Shown here: positions 54,361 through 64,000 of the stretch, piece by piece | How positions within the stretch are numbered: position 1 is the stretch's first letter | Layout: every line of letters begins with the position of its first letter | Assembly (NCBI RefSeq): GCF_006345805.1 | Contig: NC_043014.1 | Location: 27,218,001-27,282,000 of the forward strand | DNA: 64,000 nucleotides | Reading direction: 5' to 3' | Origin: Octopus sinensis | Lineage: Eukaryota | The notes under the pieces: generated by a model | Told to the model about the DNA's origin: nothing | Seen by the model: the letters and a program-made list of their open reading frames with translations, nothing else | Database searches by the model: none | Program-made: the position numbers and the translations under genes

Positions 54361-54765
54361 TAAGAAATATTTATATGTCTTTGTAACGAAAGCTTTTCTA
54401 AAATCTCAAAATTTTAATTTTTAATATATTTTCATTAAAACATTAAAATGTGGATTTTACGCTCCTTTTATTTAAATAAAAGCGGCTCTTGACTATTGAA
54501 TTAAATCGGAAACGAATTCTAAATCCCTGTGAAACCTACTTCCTCTTCTATGTCTTTGAATCTATCAATTTCTTTTCAACATCAACCGAGCACAAAGGTA
54601 CGATGTGTGTATTCGTATCTTGCATTTGAGAATACAAAAATTAAAAAAAATTTAAATGCGATGCATCTTTTTAGAAGGAGGTGAATAATTTTGAAATTTC
54701 TAATATTTTATCTTTGGATCATTCTTATCAAAATATCCATGTGATTCAATTATTGAATCTCAATA

Positions 54766-55207
54766 TTGATTTCTAATTTTGGTCCAAGGCCAACACTATC
54801 GGGGACGGATGTAAATCAATTATATCCACCCCAGTGCTCAACTGGTATTTATTTTATTGACTCCGAAAGGATGAAAGGTAAAGTCGACCTCGGCGGAATA
54901 TGAACTCAGAACATTAAGACAGACGAAATGTCACTAAGCATTCGCCCGGCGTGCTAACGATTCTGCCCAATTGAATCTTAATATTAATAATACTTTAAAG
55001 GCGGCGAGCTGGCAGAATAGTTACCACGCCAAACAAAATGCTTAGCGGCATTTCGTCTGTCTTCCAGTTCAGAGTTCAAATTCCGCTAAAGTCGATTTTG
55101 CCTTTCATCCTTTCAGGGTCGATAAAGGAAGCTCCAGTTGAACTTTGAGATCGATGTAATCGACTTGCCCCCCTCCGACGGCCTTGTGCCGAAATTTGAA
55201 ACCAATT
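54766..55207. mobile_element. Two tRNA-type SINEs head-to-head (54766-54968 minus, 54999-55207 plus)
   Basis: Both carry the gcagaat head, gagttca B-box-like motif and gtcga.tttgcctttcatcctttc body. Same family as 7470-7878 but with a different tail. Confidence 0.85.
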
Positions 55208-55248
55208 TTAATAATGCTTTCGCTAGCATAATTTTCAACAAATTATGG

Positions 55249-55683
55249 GGATCTCTTCGGTCTGAACGGCAGTTTTTAACATAATTTCTAGGTAACTAAA
55301 AAATTTTAAACTTCGTATACTTGGTAGAATGTGTTTAGAAAACATCTTTTTCTCTTGGCTTTATTGAGAAAATTCTGTAGTTTGTAAGATATTTGTTGTT
55401 TTTTTCTTCAATTTCTTCAATTTCAACCAATCAATGACCGTCTATTGAGGTGAAAACATTCTGTGCCGTATGAATATGTCCTTCGTTTAAGAAACAGATT
55501 GGGTTTATTTACATTTCTGAGGAAAAAAAGATACCCTTCCACCACCCCCAACCCTAACCCTAACTCTGACCCTAACCCTAAAATAGATTGAAATGCAATA
55601 GATCGATACTAGGGTCATAATTATGGGTGACAATTTCATATGACACCGCTAGAAAAAAACTGCCGTTCAAACCGAAAAGATCC
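55249..55683. mobile_element. 435-bp MITE with 28-bp TIRs and an 8-bp TSD
   Basis: ggatctcttcggtctgaacggcagtttt pairs with aaaactgccgttcaaaccgaaaagatcc. TSD aattatgg / aattacgg. Confidence 0.85.
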
Positions 55684-55849
55684 AATTACGGCGATATTTG
55701 CATTAACAACGCCCGTTTCATTTTCATAAAAGTGAAACAATTTTAACCATTGATATCTTCTTTGGTGGGTAGGGATCTAAATTTCGGTGATAAAACAAAC
55801 AGCACTATTTTACTTCGAGATTGAGTGAAAGCAATGAAACAAGCCGTTT

Positions 55850-56320
55850 AAATGTATGTGTGTGTTGTGTGTGTGCGTGTGTGCGCGTGCGTGTTGTGCG
55901 TATGAGGTGTGTGTAGGAGGTATATGTGAGGTATACGTGCATTGATGTATATGCGCGTGCGTGTATATGGGCGTGTGTGTGCGTGTATGCGTGTGTGTAT
56001 GTGTGTGTGTGCATGTGTGTGTATGAGCGTATGTGTATGTGAGTGTTTGTATGGAGCTGTGTTATGTAGAGGTATATGTGCGTTACTGTGTGCGTGCGTG
56101 TTTGCGCACGTGTATGCGCGTGTGTGCGTGTGCATGTGCGTGTATGTGTGTGTAGATGTATGTGTGTGTGCATGTGCATGTATGTGTTGTGAATATGTGT
56201 GTGGTGTTTGTGTTGTGTGTATGTGTGTATGAGAGGTATATGTGCGTTCATGTGTGTGCGCGGGTGAGTGCATTTTTCTTGTGTGTGTATATGTACGTGT
56301 GAGTGTGTATGTGTGTGTGT
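55850..56320. repeat. Degenerate (GT/GC/AT)n alternating purine-pyrimidine tract
   Basis: Direct reading. Confidence 0.9.
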
Positions 56321-56622
56321 ATATAGAAATAAAATAAAATATAATAAAATAAGGTTGATAGGGGATAAAATAGAAATTAATACAATTATTAAAAAAATAG
56401 CGCAATAAAAAGTTAAACAATATGACAGAAAGAAAATGATTTTAAAAAGAGATAGAAAATCGAGACGGGGTAACAGTATAAAAAAGTAAGTGGGTATAAG
56501 GGGGGATAAAGTAAAATGAACTAAACTGACATCAAATAAATAAATAAAATAGCATAAAATAAAAAGTTGCTTATTTTAAGAAGTTTGTGGAGACAGTCAT
56601 TAGGAGGAGGGGTTTGTGTTGA

Positions 56623-58952
56623 GCCTGCTCAAGTTTTTATCAAACCTGGAGTACCGATTCATGCAATGCAGAAATAGTATATCTCAAATTTCAGCCTTCT
56701 GGCTGAAGTAGTTTCAGAGTTATGGGCTTTTTAAACTATAATCACTAGGTGGCACTAGATTCACACTTCAGTATTACCGCTGCCTAAATCCTTGTAAACG
56801 CAAGAGATGTAGAATAAAAGTGTATTTACACATTTTTAAGATTGCTGAATTGAAATTGCTCTGTGTAAATGTTCAAAACTAGACTATTTTAAGATAGAGG
56901 CCACTACAAGCATTTGATAACATACAAAATTAAAAGCAATTCATATTTTTAACTTTATAGGTTTAATTCCAATTTTAAATAACTGTATGAGGAAAAGTGT
57001 GCTGAATGTCAGCAAATTTTTAAACATAACAAAGAATTAATGCTTTGTTAAATAAAATAAATCGAAGCTGAAGTTTCTCCTTCTTTTTACAAACATCATA
57101 AAAATCTTGAAGGCACTTGATTACCCGTTCTGCACTCTGATTTGTTCTGGGAACTTCCAGCGGTGATGGTTCTCGACTCCAAAAGTTTTTTTTTTACAGA
57201 GTTCAATGCTTTTCTATGAACTCGCATGGCTACCACATAACTTCTGATAATCACGTGCATTAAACATTTGGTCAGTAAACCAAAAATCTGCCAAGCTGTG
57301 AGAGATGAATCGACAATCATTGAGAAGAAAAACATTTCTATGTTAGACGAAAAAATGCCAAAAGAGCTAGTATTGCTTGAGAATTCCATTTTGCATTACT
57401 TCAGTTGGGTATTTTTTTCAAAACTTTACATTAGGAAATTTGCCGGTTTCTTCAAAGGAACAAAAAACTTTGGTCAAATGAAATAGAAATTTCATAACAT
57501 CTCGCCATCCTGCTGATTTAGTAATCTTTCCTTCACCATTGTTGAAATTAGCCTAGAGTTTCTCGTAATTACTTAGAAGCTCTAGGATGAATGTATATTC
57601 AATATTGGGAGATGACGTTTTTCTCCAAGTTCGTTATTTTGATGGTAAACGTATTGATGTCCACGAATACCAAGTGCTAGTTTTAAAGAATGAACAGGGA
57701 GAAGTTAAGATAGAAGCACTCCAGCTGTTTTAGATTATTACAATTTATGGGAACACGAAGAATTCTATCAAGGATATGATGCTGACAACCAATAAATTGC
57801 AGTTTTTTCAAACCCTTTGAGCAAACAGTCTTTGCAACTGATTACCATCAAATGCAACGACCAGTTTTCTAAATGTAGTGTTTTCTTCATTTTCTTTTTA
57901 AGTTTAACAGCTTCCTTGATAGTAGACCTGTAAATACCAGATTAGGAAGGAGTCTCGACATTGATTCCATCTTGAGATAATTGTCGACAAACTGTTGCTG
58001 CTTTTTGGGTTGATAGCTTGGAAGATATTACTAACTTGGTTGCAATTCCAGTTTTGCTATACTTCCTCCTTGTTTGTGTGGATTCTTCATCTGATTTTTC
58101 AGACTCTTGATATTCACTTTCAGTCTCTACTTCAGACGTTGACGATGACACTGGAGTTGCTCTGCTTGAAGTAGGCATTAAGGACACTTTTCTCTTTTGG
58201 ATGGATGGATGGATAGTTTTGGAACTGACTTCCTTCCCTGTTCCATACCCAACCTTCCATTGCTTTCAATTTGAAGATAATATAACCTTCTATCCTCGCT
58301 GCACAGCCATTCACCGTTTTCCTTTCTGATGTCAAAAATTCCTTTCAAGAATCACATTTTCCTCGTTTTACACATTTATCGTAGGTATTCAGCACTTTTT
58401 CTACTTTTGCTTGTACATTTTCAATTCATAAATATGGAAAATTTAATTTCTTTTGTCATAAAAAAGTTACTTCTTTCGAAATTTCCTTTGTTCTTTCTTT
58501 CCTTCCTTTGATGGTACCTCCAAGGAACGGGTAGCAACCGACATTTTGAAGTTTTATTGGAATACTAAAGCTGTTTTCCAAAGAATGCTCTTCTAGAGGA
58601 AGAGGTCTTCTTTTCCTATGTGAGTCATGAAATTGCACGAGATTCTACGTCCAGATTTTTTGGTTTCCTTGAGTGACACAAGTACTTCTCTTATGAGATA
58701 TTATTTTAAATACTCTAGTTGGATAAGCCTACTATTCTGAAAAACAGTTAATAAAGTCAGAGTTTTTAGCGTCTCAGAAATAAAAAGGAGAGGAAGAGGC
58801 TATTTACTAAAGTAGGACCTAAGTGTTAACAAATTAAAAACTATAACTCCTAAACTACTTAAACATGAAAACCGACATTTGAGATATACTGTTTCTGCAT
58901 TGCATTAAGTCACCACACCAAGTTTGGTAAAAAAAAAAAAACTTGAGTAGGC
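56623..58952. mobile_element. Decayed DNA transposon with ~100-bp inverted repeats and an internally rearranged transposase
   Basis: 56623-56720 is an approximate reverse complement of 58850-58952. A minus-strand frame reaches WSLHFDGN near 57850, and a plus-strand piece reads FDGKRIDVHEYQVLVLKN near 57640. Confidence 0.65.
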
Positions 58953-59133
58953 ATTATGAGCCCCATGAGAATTTTGCATGATTTGGGTCAAAAGTGGTGT
59001 TAGATTTCTTCAGTTAGGAGTGACGTTTTTTAAAAAAACTTAAAATAATGGTTATTTTCCTTACTTATATGACATTGTTCATCGACTTTTGATACAGGAA
59101 ATTGTTTACTTCCCCAAAAAATCAAAGTCATAA

Positions 59134-59565
<432 letters not shown>

Positions 59566-60823
59566 TATTGAATTATACCAATATTTGTACGGTACCAGTG
59601 AATTGGATGTTCAAAACACTCCTTTGAATGATTTCCTTTCCTCAGTTTGTCACTTTATATATATATAATATATATATATAAGTTCAGCAAAATTTAGATT
59701 CAGACGAATATGGTACTTAAGTCAAAGGCACCAGAATTTTGTATGGTATTATCCGTATAAATCAATGGGGTGATTATAATCAGAATAAGCAACAAGTATA
59801 TCCGAGGTAGAGTGGTACAATTGTTTAATGCTACTTCCTTTTATTAAACACTTTAAGTATTACATCAGTTTTAAAATGTCGAGCAATCTTCAGCCACTTA
59901 TAGAAATTTTCCAATCAATGCAAATTCTTATCTATGTAGCATGAAACAATTGTAGCACTCTACCTCAGATATACTTGTTGCTTATTTTGATTGTAATACA
60001 TACTTATATATATATATATATATATATATATAACAGTACAAAGTGAGATAGGGGTTATGAGTGTAACCCACTATGGGATATCATTTATCCAATATACTGC
60101 CAGTAAAGTACCCAGAAGGCTAATACATAAATGCTAAGAATTGCAATGCAATTATTTCATTTATTGTATTGTATGGGCGAAGGTAAAATGTTTTACCTTA
60201 AATTCATAATACAAAATAAGAAAACGGAGGAATAGATTTCTATCAATCATCAACTTCCAGATAATACCAATTCATATAATTTATTAACTAATTATTTATA
60301 TTAAATAGGAACATCCAAATCCAACAGAATAGTACAGAATAAAACAATATACATCAATAAGTAAGATAATACCATAAGGATAATACATATAAAATGGATC
60401 TTACAGCTGTTATGCCCATATTAGTCAGATATATTGAGGTAATATGCAGTATAAAAATGAGTTACTTATATATATATATCTCAAGGCCTCGTCAGAGATT
60501 ATAAAGTATAATTATAAAGATATAAAAGGAAGATATAAAATGCAAATATGGATATTAAAGAAGGTACACATATACATGAATATGCATATATACATATATA
60601 CATATACATATAAGTGTATATACACCTATGTATATATGCATATTCTTGTATATGTGTACCTTCTTTAATATCCATATTTGCATTTTATATCTTCCTTTTA
60701 TATACACACATGTGTGTATAAATAGTAATGGTAAGACAGCAAAAGAATGAAAGAGACCTCGATATTATGTAAATAGAGGAATTTATCTGTAATATAATAT
60801 GTGACAATTATTCGGTTGCCATA

Positions 60824-60882
60824 ATAAGACTCCGAGTTTCGGCTGTCGGGGCGGAAACCTTCTCCGGCATCTCGTCAGTTAT
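60824..60882 (-). ncRNA. Type I hammerhead ribozyme with a GUC site
   Basis: AUAA-CUGACGA-GAUGCCGG...CCGACAGCC-GAAA-CUC(G)GAG-UC-UUAU. Stems I and III pair; stem II is imperfect. Confidence 0.65.
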
Positions 60883-61553
60883 CGAGGCAATCAAAATATG
60901 CTATGAAAATGACCGTTAAAAAAAGGGAAATTACTATGTAATTGACTGTTATTAAGACAAAAGAGCTATTAGAATGACTGTTAAATAAGGGAAAAAAGCC
61001 AACAGGGAGGAAGTAAAAAGTACAGAAGTAAAAATGCTCATAGCAATCGCGTATGCGCGCATGCACATACACATGCGCGCACTCACACCCTTTTACCTGT
61101 GGCTATATGCATATGCTCACTCCCACGCGCGTGAAACACATACATGCGCACCCACACATACACCAATAAATGCACAAATATATGCAACCATGCATGTACA
61201 CGTATACATATCCACACACAAACATACACACACATACGTACACATACCCATATGCGCACAGGTTCAGCCAAAGAGACTGATTGAGTAAGTACCAGGTTTT
61301 AAAAGTATAGGCACTGCTATTGATTCATACGACTATAAATTCTTAAAGGTGGTGCCCCAGCATGGTCGCAGTCTAATGACTGAAACAAGTAAAAAATATA
61401 GATAGGTAGAGAGAAAGAGAGAGAGAGAGAGACATAAACACATATCCATATATGTATATAAATATGTATATGCATGTATATGTATATGCATATGTATGCA
61501 TGCAAATGCATATTGCATGTATGTGTATATATATTACATACACACACACACAC

Positions 61554-61643
<90 letters not shown>

Positions 61644-62074
61644 GCACATTTATTCATACCAAACACGAGCCGTTAGTAATTACTCAGGGTAGGCAGTTGG
61701 TGACCTGTATATAGTAAAACACACAAAAAATAAGCGAAACAGGCGCGCGACTGAGTTGTAGGCAGATTCACTTCTGCCTTTATAGCACGTAAAGAAAACG
61801 GTGTTGTAGGAGTGTACACAGCATATGTACTACAGTACCTTAAATACTGAAATTGGAAAGCAGGGGCGAATTATGCCTATCTAATCTAGAAAACAAAATT
61901 TGCATTTTATGCATAGCAATCAGTAACCTTCATAATTTTATTGAATTAGGGTGCATATTTTGCCGTAAAAGGAAAATGTTGCCATCGATTTATTTTATTC
62001 AAGCTAGACACTGCCTACCTTTCCTACCTAGGCGGCACGTCCCTGATGCATGCATATATATATGTGTGTGTGTG

Positions 62075-62155
<81 letters not shown>

Positions 62156-62856
62156 ATATATAATAACTGTATTTGTTTTGTCGTTTTACATTAGGAAATT
62201 GATCTATGAGAAACTCATTGTCACTCTATCTGTTTGTAAAAGCTGTTAAATCTTCCTGAAACCACATCCAACGACCTTAAAAGAAAAAGAAACACTGGAT
62301 AGCATACAATTTTATACGTCCCATATATTACGTAAACGTTTGGAAACTAAAGTTCTTGACAATGATGGATGGAACGGCGTTGATATTTGAACTGTTGGCT
62401 GAGGACCGAACTTGATTTAAACAATAAAGGTTATGGTGTTTCGGTATTCTGTTTCTTTTTACTGCATGTCTTATAATCTAATTTTCATTTCAATGGCTTT
62501 ACAAACATATGCAGGGATATGTTTTTCAAAGATTTAAATTACGATAATGTGGATGGCATTCTTTTATTCTATTTATTATTTTTTTTTTTTTCTAAGAGAT
62601 AAAAGTCCATACCGTTTTAATTATTCCTTAACTTGCTCATGATCTTTGCAAAAAATCCCTGCAACAATACTGATCGAAAGAGCTGTGACTGATAACCTAC
62701 AACATGTCCTCTTTCTTGCACTACTTATCTCACAATATTTAGTTTGTGGTGCAATGATAACGACTAAGCTATTGGATGTTTTAAAAGGAATGAACTTACG
62801 CTCTTAGTAAATCATTTATATATGTAAATCATATGTTTACATGTTTATACATACAT

Positions 62857-62889
<33 letters not shown>

Positions 62890-62955
62890 TACATACATAT
62901 ATATATACACCTATATATTAATGTATATATATGTGCGTGTGCACATGTATGTATA

Positions 62956-63029
<74 letters not shown>

Positions 63030-63216
63030 GATGCGAGCGGTATTTGAATACCCTTCATTATCCGTATATTACATTCTTCATACCAATTAAAAGGGTTTCA
63101 TTTCTTTCAGATCCTATGCCAGGAAAAATGCTTACACAAGAGAAAAAAGGCGGCATGCAGTCGTTGTTGCCATATATGCGGAGCTCAGCGATTTAGAAAT
63201 TTCCAACTTTCTAAAT

Positions 63217-64000
63217 GTTAGTTAGTTAGTTAGTTAGTTAATTTGGCTCAAAAGCAAATAGCAAGGCCATGTAGGGGGACATGGAGTTAAGTACAGGGTG
63301 GTGTTCATGTAAAGAGTTCAGGCCACTTGAGGTCAAGGGAGGCTTTAAACAAAGCGGTCGTCGGCATCTTCACCATCTCGTCTGGCAGCTTCCACGGATC
63401 CGCAACCCGGACGGAGAAAGCTCCTCTCCTTCGATTGAGATGAAATCGTCGCAGGTAGACCTTTCGGAATGACCCCGCAGCCGACGCTCTGGAGCAGGAG
63501 TGAAGAACAGCTCTTTCGAGAGGTTACACTTTCCGCTTATGATGTTGTTGTGGGCGAGAATGAGATCACCACGACGGCGGCGTTTTTCAAGAGAATAAAG
63601 TTCGAGCGTCCTCAGCCTTTCTTCATAGGACAAATTTTTGAGACCGTGAACCATGCGAGTAGCCAGCTTCTGGACTCTTTCGAGATGCTGTATGTCTATG
63701 AGGAGATAAGGAGAAGAGGCTTGAATCCCGTACTCCAATATGGGTCTCACCAGCGTGACATAGAGTGGTAGGAATATGGCTGCTGTGAGCATTCCGAATG
63801 ACCGTCGAATCAAGAACAGAATTCCGCGTGCTTTGTTGGCAGCATGGACGCACTGGGCCGAAGGCGAAGAGGAGGAATCCACCAAGATACCCAGGTCCTT
63901 TACCTGATCGGTCCTCTCCAGCAGCAGACGACCCGGCTCGAAATCAAGTTGAGTTGCAGGAGGAGAGCCAACAGGCAGATGACAGCACTTTGACACGTTC
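63217..64000 (-). mobile_element. CR1-type LINE 3' end; runs off the right edge
   Basis: VKDLGILVD...LYVTLVRPILEYG...LERVQKLATR...YEERLRTLELYSLEKRRRRGDLI, with a (TAAC)n tail at 63217-63240. Confidence 0.92.

Noticed and set aside
55549-55581. Telomere or chromosome fusion site
   Set aside because: A short degenerate tract lying inside a TIR- and TSD-bounded MITE.

Overview
AT-rich, microsatellite-dense animal genomic DNA. The SINE types and repeat landscape suggest an octopus or another coleoid cephalopod (inference). One host gene is supported: a minus-strand secreted animal heme-peroxidase-fold gene. It has a TATA/Inr promoter at about 17.55 kb, a non-coding first exon, and nine phase-compatible GT-AG coding exons (15618 down to 415, about 500 codons), and it runs off the left edge. 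The frame is intact and keeps the Cys, Ca-loop and GDxRxxE motifs, but both heme histidines appear replaced, so it looks like a conserved pseudo-peroxidase. The remaining ~46 kb is intergenic and filled with mobile DNA: a ~16 kb pile-up of R4/Dong-type retrotransposons in (TAA)n tracts, a ~555-bp non-coding element using the same tracts, a near full-length decayed Tx1/L1-clade LINE, a Penelope-like element, foldbacks next to (TA)n that carry type I hammerhead ribozyme cores, RTE and CR1 fragments, tRNA-type SINEs, Tc1/mariner remnants, MITEs and a Helitron end. All calls come from manual reading; no searches were run.
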